From Kiritimatiellia bacterium (GTDB lineage: Bacteria; Verrucomicrobiota; Kiritimatiellia; RFP12; UBA1067), in NCBI GenBank assembly GCA_045537795.1, contig JAZSQE010000068.1:56252-120251 (forward strand): DNA of 64,000 bases, read 5' to 3'. Position 1 is the stretch's first letter. Every line of letters begins with the position of its first letter. This document shows, in pieces, positions 53,159 through 63,200 of this stretch. The position numbers and the translations under genes are program-made. A model generated the notes under the pieces. The model did not search any database. It was given only the letters and a program-made list of their open reading frames with translations, and had not been told where the DNA came from.

Positions 53159-54927
53159 TGCGCGTCGCTCCTTTCGCCGAACAGAGCCGCGAGAACGTTG
53201 CGCGCCTTCGGAGCGGCCGTGCCGCCGCCGGAGTCGCCGTTCTCGACGAGCATCGCGATGGCGACCGAAGGTTCGCGCGCCGGGGCGTAGGCGATGAACC
53301 ACGTGTTCTTGCGACGCGTCTCGCCTTTGCCGATTTCGGCGGTGCCGGTCTTGCCGCAGAGATCCACGGCAAGGCCGCGCCCCGCGCGCCTGCCGGTGCC
53401 GCCCGTGACGACGAGACGCATCCCATCGCGCACGACGTCGAGCGAGCGCCTGGAAAAACCGATCTTCCTGCGCTCCGTCCCGGTGCCCGGCAGAAGTTTG
53501 GGCGTGACGAGATACCCGGTACCGATCGCGCCCGCCATGCGCGCCATCTGCAGGGGGCTCACAAGGAGCATCCCCTGACCTATCGACATCTGGGCAAGAT
53601 CGCCCATGAACCATTTTTCGCCGTACGTGCGCATCTTCCAGTCGGCATCGGGTATGACGCCCGCCGAATCGAGACCGAAGTCGATGCCCGTCTTTGCGCC
53701 GAGCCCCAGTTCATACGCCGCCGAGACGATGGCGTTGGTGCCGATATCCATGCCGAGATTGCAGAAATACGGATTGCAGCTTTTCATGATGGCGCTGCGC
53801 ATGTCGACGGCGCCGTGCCCCCAGCGGCTCGCGCAGCGTATGCGCATTTTGCCGAGAATGTAGACGCCTGTGCATTCGCAGGTTTCGTCGGGAGGATAGC
53901 CGAGTTTGAGCCCCGCGAGCGCGACGACCGGCTTGAAGATGGAGCCGGGAGCGTACAAGCCGCCCGCCGCGCGGTTGAGCAGGGGCTTGCCGATGTCGCT
54001 CATGTACCGGTCGTAAAGATCATGCGTTATCCCCGGCACGAACGAATTGAGATCATACCCCGGAGCCGAGACCATCGCGAGGACTTCGCCGCTGCGCGGG
54101 TCCATCACGACACACGCGCCCTTCTCGCCGCGCAGTTCCTTTTCGGCCGCGAGCTGCGCGCGCATGTCGATGGTGAGCGTGAGATCGGGGCCGGGGCGCG
54201 GCTCGACCACGATCGTCTCTTCGATCGCGAAGCCGCGCGCGTCGACGAGAAGCTTGCTCTCGCCGGGGACGCCCTTGAGAAAACTGTCGTAATAATGCTC
54301 GACGCCCGCGCGCCCGCGCATCTCGGGATTGAAGAAATTGAATTTCTCGTCGCCCGCCACCGCGTCGGCGCGGTCGCGCCCGACATACCCGACGAGATGA
54401 GCCGCGACGGAGCCGTACGGATAATGGCGCTCTTCGGAGACGACGGCCTCGAAGCCTTCGAAAAGTTCCTCATTCTCGGCGAATCTCGCGAGCGTCTCGT
54501 GATCGACGTCGCGCCAGACGTAAAGCGGCATCGCGAGCGACCGGTTGACGTGGCGGCGGATGTCGTCGGTATCGAGCGGCGAGGGCTTGCGCGTCACCTC
54601 TGCGACGGCGTCTATCGCCTTGCCGATGCGCTCCACCGTGGCATTCCACGTCTTCTCCTGAAAGGCAGCAGCGTCGCAGACTATCGAGACCGACATGCGG
54701 TTGCCGGCGAGAACCTCGCCGCCGCGCGCGAGAATGCGCCCGCGCGCCCCCGCGAGCTGCACGCGACGGACGGCCTGGCGCGAATACGCGTAGCGGTAAT
54801 CGGCCGTGTCTTGGACCTGAACCTCTTTCAGCCTCGCGGCGAGAACAGCGAGCGCGATCGCGAACAACGCGCCGAGCACGATGCAGGAGACGTCCGCGAC
54901 GAGCGTTTCACCGTCAAACCGCTTCAT
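53155..54927 (-). CDS. mrdA: Penicillin-binding protein 2 (elongasome transpeptidase)
   Basis: The SxxK (GSIFKP), SxN (KSCN) and KTG (GKTGTAE) motifs are present, together with an N-terminal membrane anchor. Confidence 0.9.
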   Translation of the reverse strand: MKRFDGETLVADVSCIVLGALFAIALAVLAARLKEVQVQDTADYRYAYSRQAVRRVQLAGARGRILARGGEVLAGNRMSVSIVCDAAAFQEKTWNATVERIGKAIDAVAEVTRKPSPLDTDDIRRHVNRSLAMPLYVWRDVDHETLARFAENEELFEGFEAVVSEERHYPYGSVAAHLVGYVGRDRADAVAGDEKFNFFNPEMRGRAGVEHYYDSFLKGVPGESKLLVDARGFAIEETIVVEPRPGPDLTLTIDMRAQLAAEKELRGEKGACVVMDPRSGEVLAMVSAPGYDLNSFVPGITHDLYDRYMSDIGKPLLNRAAGGLYAPGSIFKPVVALAGLKLGYPPDETCECTGVYILGKMRIRCASRWGHGAVDMRSAIMKSCNPYFCNLGMDIGTNAIVSAAYELGLGAKTGIDFGLDSAGVIPDADWKMRTYGEKWFMGDLAQMSIGQGMLLVSPLQMARMAGAIGTGYLVTPKLLPGTGTERRKIGFSRRSLDVVRDGMRLVVTGGTGRRAGRGLAVDLCGKTGTAEIGKGETRRKNTWFIAYAPAREPSVAIAMLVENGDSGGGTAAPKARNVLAALFGERSDAQ

Positions 54928-55372
54928 CGACCGCCGCCTTTCTTTCGATCCAGAGACATGCGTGCGATACGACCCACAACGTCGCCGCTCCCGTGCAGAG
55001 CGAAATGGACATCCTCACGAAAAGCGACCCCTCGACGCCCGAGGGCCAGAGCGCGAGCCACAGCTGATAAAACGGAAACGCCGCGGACGTGACGGCCGGC
55101 GGCAGTTCCCACCGCCGCACGAACGCGGCGACGGCGAGAAAACAAACGGGGCTCGTCATCATCGGCAGCGACGATATCGCGTCCTCCGCGCCGCCCGCGG
55201 CGACGGCGAAAACGGCGAGAGAAAACCAGTCGCGTCTCGGGGCCGTGGCGAGAACGACGCTCAGAAGAACGGGGAACCCCATACCCGCCGCCTTCGGGAG
55301 CATTTCTTCGGCCGCGCACCCGAAAACGATCGCGAACGCCGCGAGAACGATCAATGTGACGTTATTTTTCAC
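54914..55372 (-). CDS. mreD: Rod shape-determining protein MreD
   Basis: This small polytopic membrane protein lies between mreC and mrdA. I trimmed the start to GTG 55372 (VKNNVTLIVLAAF). The sequence is poorly conserved, so position is the main evidence. Confidence 0.6.
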   Translation of the reverse strand: MKNNVTLIVLAAFAIVFGCAAEEMLPKAAGMGFPVLLSVVLATAPRRDWFSLAVFAVAAGGAEDAISSLPMMTSPVCFLAVAAFVRRWELPPAVTSAAFPFYQLWLALWPSGVEGSLFVRMSISLCTGAATLWVVSHACLWIERKAAVDEAV

Positions 55373-56147
55373 GGCGGATGAAAACGTCCTCCAAAGTCGA
55401 AAAATCGACAGACGGCGACACTTCACCCGCAACCTCACGCATCTTGTTGGTGACGATAAGCAAAGTGCCGATTTCGATGCCCTTCGGGAACACCCCTCCG
55501 AGCCCGGATGTCAAAACCCTTGAACGCACGGGCACCTCCCGCACGTTCGTCAAATGCTTCATCAAAAGTATATCGTGGCCGCCGCCCGTTATGATGCCGC
55601 GCATCTTCACGCTGTCCGCAGACTCGACTTCGCAGGCGACCTTCGTCCTGCGGTCGGTGACGAGTCTGACTTCGCTTGTATGCGGCGTCACGGATACGAC
55701 GCGCCCGACCAGTCCTTCGGGAACGGTCACGACAGCGTCCTTCACGATGCCCGCGAGCGAACCTTTGTCGACGCGTATCGACTCCGCCGCCCCCGCCGCG
55801 CCACCGCCGCGGGAAAGAACGGCCGCCGCGACGTAATCGACGTCCTTCGCGCTCTTGTAACCGAGCGCTCGCCTCAGACGGGCGTTTTCGGCTTCGAGGG
55901 AATCGAGCTCTGCGCGCTCGAGCGTGAGAAGCGCGACTTCCCGCTTGAGCTTGACGTTTTCCGCCGCCGCTTCGGCGCCGCGAAACGCCCCGGCCACGCG
56001 CGAGGCGACCTTTCTGAGAAAAAGAGATTTGCCGCGCTCGACTGGATAAACCGCCTCGACCGCCGCGCCGCGCCAGACAACGAGCGTGACGGCCCCGATC
56101 GCCGCCAATACCATAGCACCCAGAGCGCCGGTGGTACGTGCCTTCAC
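55362..56147 (-). CDS. mreC: Rod shape-determining protein MreC
   Basis: An N-terminal anchor is followed by a coiled coil (..LKREVALLTLERAELDSLEAENARLRRAL..) and then beta domains (..GLVGRVVSVTPHTSEVRLVTD..). Confidence 0.85.
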   Translation of the reverse strand: MKARTTGALGAMVLAAIGAVTLVVWRGAAVEAVYPVERGKSLFLRKVASRVAGAFRGAEAAAENVKLKREVALLTLERAELDSLEAENARLRRALGYKSAKDVDYVAAAVLSRGGGAAGAAESIRVDKGSLAGIVKDAVVTVPEGLVGRVVSVTPHTSEVRLVTDRRTKVACEVESADSVKMRGIITGGGHDILLMKHLTNVREVPVRSRVLTSGLGGVFPKGIEIGTLLIVTNKMREVAGEVSPSVDFSTLEDVFIRREK

Positions 56148-57181
56148 GTCGCGCGTTTATTTCTGGCGAGGAAGTCGAGCTCGTTCATCACGACGCCCGT
56201 CCCTTCGGCGACCGCCGACAAGGGGTCGTCCGCCAGAGTCACAGGGAGCCCCGTCTGGGCCGCCAGGAGCTTGTCGAGACCGCGCAACTGCGCGCTGCCG
56301 CCCGACAAGACAAGACCGCGGTCGACAAGGTCGGCGGCGAGTTCGGGCTCGCAGCGGTTGAGCGTCGTGCGAACCGCATCGACGATCATGCTGACGGGGT
56401 CTTTGAGAGCGTCTCTGATCTCCTCGGAGGTGATGGTCATCGTCTTCGGGAGACCCGCTACGATATCACGCCCCTTGATCTCGAGAGTCGTATCCTCTCC
56501 GACGGGATAAGCGCTGCCGATCTTGATTTTGATCTCTTCGGCCATGCGCTCGCCGATAAGGAGATTGTAGACGCGGTGGATGTACTTGGAGATGCAATCG
56601 TCCATCGCGTCACCTCCGGCCTGACGCGCGGAGTAGCTGTGGACGATGCCGGCGAGCGAAATGATCGCCACTTCGCAAGTACCCCCTCCGATGTCGACGA
56701 TCATCGAACCCGCCGGTTCCGAGACGGGCAGCCCAACGCCGATGGCGGCGGCCATGGGCTCTTCGATGAGAAACACGTCTCCCGCACCGGCCGCGTGGGC
56801 GGCGTCTTCGACGGCTCTCTTCTCCACTTCGGTGATGCCGCTCGGAACGGCGATGACCATGCGGGGCTTCGAGTACTTCGAATAGAAACGCGGCGGGCAG
56901 ACTTTGTTGATGAAATAGGCGAGCATCGCCTCGGTAATGTCAAAATCGGCTATGACGCCCGATTTCATCGGTCTTATGGCGACGATGTTGCCGGGCGTGC
57001 GCCCGAGCATGCGCTTGGCCTCGGCGCCGACGGCGAGAACTCGTTTGGAGCCGGCCTGAATGGCGACGACCGAAGGTTCTCTCAGCACGATGCCGCGGTC
57101 TTTCGCGTATACGAGCGAGTTCGCGGTGCCGAGATCGATACCGATATCGGTTGAAAAAAGCGATTTTATTTTACCGAGCAT
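56144..57181 (-). CDS. mreB: Rod shape-determining actin homologue MreB
   Basis: DIGIDLGTANSLVY, ..MVIAVPSGITEVEKRA.., ..DIGGGTCEVAIISL.. and ..LSGGSAQLRGLDKLL.. are all present. Confidence 0.96.
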   Translation of the reverse strand: MLGKIKSLFSTDIGIDLGTANSLVYAKDRGIVLREPSVVAIQAGSKRVLAVGAEAKRMLGRTPGNIVAIRPMKSGVIADFDITEAMLAYFINKVCPPRFYSKYSKPRMVIAVPSGITEVEKRAVEDAAHAAGAGDVFLIEEPMAAAIGVGLPVSEPAGSMIVDIGGGTCEVAIISLAGIVHSYSARQAGGDAMDDCISKYIHRVYNLLIGERMAEEIKIKIGSAYPVGEDTTLEIKGRDIVAGLPKTMTITSEEIRDALKDPVSMIVDAVRTTLNRCEPELAADLVDRGLVLSGGSAQLRGLDKLLAAQTGLPVTLADDPLSAVAEGTGVVMNELDFLARNKRAT

Positions 57182-57216
57182 ATATTTCGCAAGCCTTGTT
57201 AAATCATTATTCGTGT

Positions 57217-57245
57217 ATTTTATGCGATTTACGTCCGTTTGTCAA
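57217..57245 (-). promoter_or_regulatory. Sigma-70-type promoter of the mreB operon
   Basis: The minus strand reads TTGACA (57245-57240), a 17-nt spacer and TAAAAT (57222-57217). A leader of about 30 nt runs to ATG 57181. The promoter starts only 4 nt after the stop of the upstream giant ORF. Confidence 0.6.
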
Positions 57246-57248
57246 CGC

Positions 57249-60200
57249 TTACTTGTATGTTGAATCTGGTTCGAGCATTTCGGTCGTGACGGGCTGGGCC
57301 AGTTCGTTGATCGTCCACTTGAAGAACATCTGCGTGTTAGCGTACTTTGTCCAGCCGTACGAATACCCGGGCGACATAATCGAGAACGGGTCTATGATGT
57401 CAATCACCGCCTCGTAAGGATACTGCGGATGATCGCCGTCGTAAACGGAGTCTTTCGTCAGGACGAAAGTCCTGAACGGCAGCCACGCGTCGTTCTTCTG
57501 AAGTTGCAGCTTGCCGAGTATTTTGAGAGAGGCCGAGCGCCAGCCGATCGGATACGTCGAAGGATCGTCGCTCACCGAATCGTCAAGCCCTCGCATGCGC
57601 GCGATCCTGTTCGTCGTGTTCTTGTCTAGATCTTCGATGAAGATCTTGAGCCTGACGCGCTGGTTCGTGAGAATAAGGCCCGTATGGAGCGGGAAGTCGT
57701 ACGCCACGGGCCCGTACGAAATATCGCCTCTGAGGCGCAGATGACTCTTGCCGCCGTCGCCGTAGAAAGGATCCATGTCGAGCCAATACATCGACTTGAG
57801 CGTCAGCGGCGTCTCGACTGAATTTTCACTCAGCCCCTTGTACGTCGCTATCTGCACGTCATCGAGATTCTTGTCGGGCCAGCCGTTCGTCAGCCAGTTG
57901 ACGATGCTCGGAGTGTAGCGGTCGTTGAGATCGAGCCCCCACTTCGTGGAAAGCCTGTTGTCGTAGCCGGCCGTCGCGTTGATGTACATCGTCTCCTTGG
58001 GCTCTACGATATCAAACGAATACTTGAGCTCCCCATCCGTCAGCACCGGCGTGCCGTGCGCCACGTTCGTGACGCCGTTGACCGTGATCGCCGCGACCTC
58101 GTGGTATCTAGCTACCGTATAGACGATGCTCGTCGACGCGCTCGAAGGCATGACGACGAGAAGCGAGCGGTTGGTCTCGCCGCCGATGCTCTGGGCAATG
58201 CCCTCGCCGAGAACGCTCGCGTAAATCCACACGTTCGTCCCGTTGGGAACGAGGAACCAGCCCTCGGGTATTATCTGTCCTTCGTTCGGAGCGCCGGGCG
58301 TGAGCCTCATCTCGTTCGACCACGTCCCCTCTCCTCCGGGCGGAGGTTCGCCCTCCTTGTTGCCGCCGACGACACCGATCGACGAGAAGATGCCGCTGCC
58401 CGGGAGCGTCGCGCACTCTTCGCCCGCGTAGAATCTTCTCGTCGAATCGTCGAGGGCGTTCAGTGTCTTCACGAGGTTCAGACCCGAATTGTAATGCGCT
58501 AAAGCCGGCATATTCGCGAACTCGTTCGTACCCTGAATGACGATCTGATGCTCGAGAACGCCAGAAGGACGGTAAAGCTCGAATTGATACGGCTCGTTGA
58601 ACCTTATTCTCCCCGAAGGCATCGACGACGACTCGGGGATGCCGCTCTGCGACCACGTGCCGTCGGCGAGCGTGCCGTCGACGAGCTTGAATGAGCCGCT
58701 GTTCTGCGCGTTCGGACTCTGTATGACGTAGAACGAATATCCGTTCGTCGCCGTACTTGAAATCTTCGAGGCGCTGTTCGCCCTCTTGAGCGTGTAGATG
58801 TTGGCGCTCTTGCCGTTCTTTTCGGTGATGAAAACGCGCCAGTTCGTGAGATCCACGCCGCTCGGGACGGCGAGTTCGATGAACTGATCGTTCTCCTTCT
58901 CCTTGCTGTCTTTGCCGTCGTTCCAGTTGACTTCGTTGATCCACGCGCGGCCGGGCGAGACGGTGTCGATGATCGTGTAGGCAGAGAACCTGTTAGGATC
59001 GGTGTCGCCGCCGTACGCCCGGTTGTGGTCGACGGGGTAATACCATTTGGGCTGCTGCCAGTTGTCTGCATCGAGCCTGCGCGTGTATTCGTTGCCGCCG
59101 CGGTCCCAGTATTTGACGTTGACCATGAACTGGACGACCTCGCCGCCCGTGGCGCTCGGCGAAACGAGCGACTGCGGCACGTCCATCACGCTCCTGAAGA
59201 CGAGATTCGAAGAGTCGACACACGTGAGCTTGTACTCTTTCGCATGGTCGCGCCACGCGAGATAGCCCCAGACGTTCGTGCCGGGATAGTAGGAGAGCGT
59301 CACGTCGAACCCGCGCTCGACGTCGATCTCGTCGGCGAGCTGCTCGAGCGAAAGAGCGGCCTGCACGCCCCAGCTCTCGCCCGCGATGGGCTGCTCGTTC
59401 GGCGAGAGGATGTCTTTGATGATTTCGCTGTTGAGAAGGTTCATCCTGAAAGGCATGGCGTACCTGAAGTTGACGGCGGGGCGTATCTTCTCGCTGACGA
59501 CGACCTCGTCGAGAACGACTCTCGCAACCTCGGCCGCGTCGGAAACCTTCTCTCCGGACGGGTTCGTTATCTCGAACTTGACGGCGCGGTAGCTGACATC
59601 GCCCGCCGACCACGTGAAGTTCGTGAGCGTCTGCGAATAAATCCAGTTCGTGCAAACGGGCGTCCAGTTGTCGCTCGTCGAATCGAGCGAGCCGTAAATG
59701 ACGATCCGCCCGGGCAGATTGTTCAAGTCGGGCTCGCTCGCCGTCGAGTAGAGCCTCGCCTTGTACGAGACGGAGCCGATGCCGGGCTTCTTGTCGCCCA
59801 CGTCGCCGAACGTCGGCGAGACGATGGCGGGGTAAAAACTCTTCGCGCGCTCCGAATCTCCCGGCGCGATGACGAGATCGTTGAGCGAATTGTTGAGCGC
59901 CGCCGAAAGACCGTGCCCCGCGCCGCCCGTCATAAGGTCGGCGAGATACATTCGACTTTCGCTGTCTTCCTCGTCGCCTATGCCGCGCAGATTCCAGCCG
60001 CGCCACGACCTTTCGCAGAACCCGGGCTCGTCCCAGACCGTGCACGAAACAATCTCCATCTTCGCTTCGTCGGGTTTGAAATCGGGCGCCTTCGTCGATG
60101 CCGCTATCGCGCTCGCGACGACATTCGAAGGCACGAGAAGTCTGAAGACGCCCTTCACCGGGTTCGACCTGTTGTCATGAAGACCGACGTATACGGAGCG

Positions 60201-63200
60201 CTCCGAATTCTCCGTGAGCGTCCCGTCGGAAACCTTGAACTTCTCGAGCGTTATCCACTCGCCGTAAGCCGCGCCCTGTCCGGCGGGAGCTTCCTTCAGC
60301 GAATAGTTGTAGCCGCCGCTGCCGGTGAGATTGCCCTCGACGTTGTTCGTAGCCATCTGCACCCAGACCTCCGCCTCGGGCGCGAGCGCTCCTACCCTGA
60401 AAGAAATTTTGCCCATGCCGTCAAGAAGCGGCGAGCGAAGCGACACGGGCTTCGAGACATCGGCTCTCGCAGGCATGAGTACGAGGCGGTTGGCCCCGCC
60501 CTTCTTCTCGACCATACCCTGCGTATAGGCGAAGTCTTCTTCTTTGTAGCTGAGATTCTCTATATCGTCGACGTTCCACTGCGTCATCTCAAGATCGTCA
60601 TAAACGATATCGACGGCGTCGCCTCCCGTCGTGAACCGCACATCCCACTCGCCGGGGCGCCTGACGACACGCTCATGATAACCGTCTGCGAGAGCGTAGT
60701 TGCTGATCTCCACCTCGGCGAACGTCTCCCAATCGTCTTCGCTGTCGCTGCCATGCGGCCTTAACTTGACGACCGCCTTCTGCGCGAGATTGGTCGGGGT
60801 GCGCAGACCGTAACACTGCAGATTGATCGCGCCGTTCTGATAAATCTCAAGTCTCTTTGAGGGGACCGCCCACTGACGACCGCCCGCGAGCCCCTCGCGG
60901 CACGCCGTGAAATTAGCCTCATCACCCGCCTCGTCGAGCGTCAGCGTCTTCGCCTTGAACGCGCCGTTCGCCGCGAAAATGCTCGCCGCGCCGTCCTTCG
61001 GATAAATCCTCTCGTTGAAGCAGACGGGCAGAAGGAACTGCGCGGGGCAGTCCTTCGCCGCCAAGCCCGTATAACCGTACGAATATGCCGAAGAACTGTC
61101 CGTGCAGACGATGCCGTTATACGTCATGTCGCCAAAGAACTCCTCGGCAGGCGTGTTCAGCGAGGGCGTAGCCGTCGACGTCGAAATGCCGCCCGCGATC
61201 TTGACCGCCCCGTCGTTCTGATTTTCGCACGAGATAAAGAAACCGAAATACTTCTTTCGCCAATCGTCATCGCCCTCGCCTTCTTCCTTCTCCGTCCATG
61301 CCCACGACACATCGTTAGTCGTCACGGCCAGCGTATCGTACGTCATCGCGCCCGCGACGTTCTTCCATTTGCGCACGCTCATTATATAACTCGCCCCTTT
61401 ATGACGCCGCTCGACCCTGAACTCATACCCGCCGTAATACGGAATGTAGTAGGCGAAGAGCGATATCGCGCCGCCTACGGCCATATCGCCGAGACTCAGA
61501 CCGTTCGTCGGACACGCCTGGCTCATCGTCGCGGGAGCGAAAAACGTGTAGTTCTCGTTCGCCCACGTCGCCATATCGTACGCGACGGCGTCATGCGTGA
61601 TCGACTGGCCGATACGCGCCCGGAATTTAATCATGTCCAAACCATCCGGCGGATCGATTGAGGTTCTCGTATAATCGAGCGAACCCTTGCCCTGCCCAAG
61701 GAGCTTCGCCGACATGCCCGTCTCGTGATCCTGCTTCTTCGGGTCGTACGTCGAAAGGCTCTGTGGAACAAACGTCACCTGTTTCGCGCTCCAGCCGTTG
61801 GGTGTGTCATGAGACGCAAAAAGAACTTCGTACGGATATTTCGCGTCGCCGCTGTAGTCTGGGAGATAGAAAGTTTCGCGCCAGTTGCCGTTCGTGGTGT
61901 CGTAGATGTTCCAGTCGGCCATATTCAAAGAAAGCGTCTTCATCTCGACGAGGTTCACGGAGTTCGTCTCGACGCCGCTCATAAGGAATTTCTTCGAATC
62001 GTCTCTCGGCGCGATATCGTGCCAGTTGTTGAACGGCTGATACTCGGCGCGCGCCGCCGAGAACGTCATGAACTTTTCGCTCATCTTGAATTCGATAAAG
62101 CCCGCCGCGTGATCGATCTCGAAGGTGACGCGTTCGCCGTCGACGACGAGCTTGCCGCTCGCGGGGATGTCGTTCGTGACGCCCGCCGCGGCGACACCCC
62201 AGAAGACGGAGTTGGTTACAAACTCATCGGCGCCTGAAGCCTGCAGATCGCACCCGACGAAAGCGAACGAGCACCGGCCGTTCACGTTCGTCGAAATCGG
62301 CACGAGCGCGCGCCACATATAATCGTCGACGAGCTCCATCGGGTATTCGCCCGTCAGTTCCTGCGCTCCCTCATGGCCCTGAACAGAAACTTTGACGAGC
62401 GCGCGGTCGCTCTGGCCGTTGCGAAGACGGACGAACCAATCTGTGCCGCCGCTCGCGAGCGGCGTCAGCGGCTCGTTTCGCGTCTCGATCCGCGTCTTCT
62501 CTTCGGTCCAGCCGCCGAGCGGATCGGCTACGCCGCAGCCCGAATAATCGCTGTATTCGAAGTAAGTCGCCTGCATCGTCCCCGTGAAATAATACTCGAT
62601 ATCGCCCTCGGCGCCCTTCTCGAACTGAAGCGGCTCGATCGACTTCAGGGAATCGTCAGGGTCAAGATAAACCGACTTCCACTCGCCGACGCTCTGGTTG
62701 AGATAGCGCCAGCGGTAATGCATCACAGCCGAAATGATCGCGTCGCCATCCGCGGGCGGCGTCTGCCACACGGCCTTGGCGCGCCCGAAAACGCCCTCGT
62801 TGTCGGTAAAGGCGGGGAACGGCTTCGTGAACGCGCCCTCATAGCCGAGGGTGGACTTGCCGAACTTCTCCTCGTCATAACGCCCGCACGAAACAAGCTC
62901 GGCGAATTGCGCAGGTGGCGAGACGATTATATTGTCAAGAAGGATGTAGTTACTTTCAACAAGCGCTTCGGGAACGACGCTTGTTCTGCGGATGCGGATT
63001 CTGACGGGCTTTCTGATATTAAGCGTCGCGCGAAGACGGTAGAAATTCTCATACGTGCCGCCCGTCTGGATATTGAGCGCGACTTCATTCGTCGGGCTAA
63101 GCGCCGTGAACTTATTATCGTTCTCCTTTATCATGGGGACGACCGTCGCCGTCTGCCACATACCCTCAAGCTTCGTCTGATAATCCCAGCCGTCATCGTA

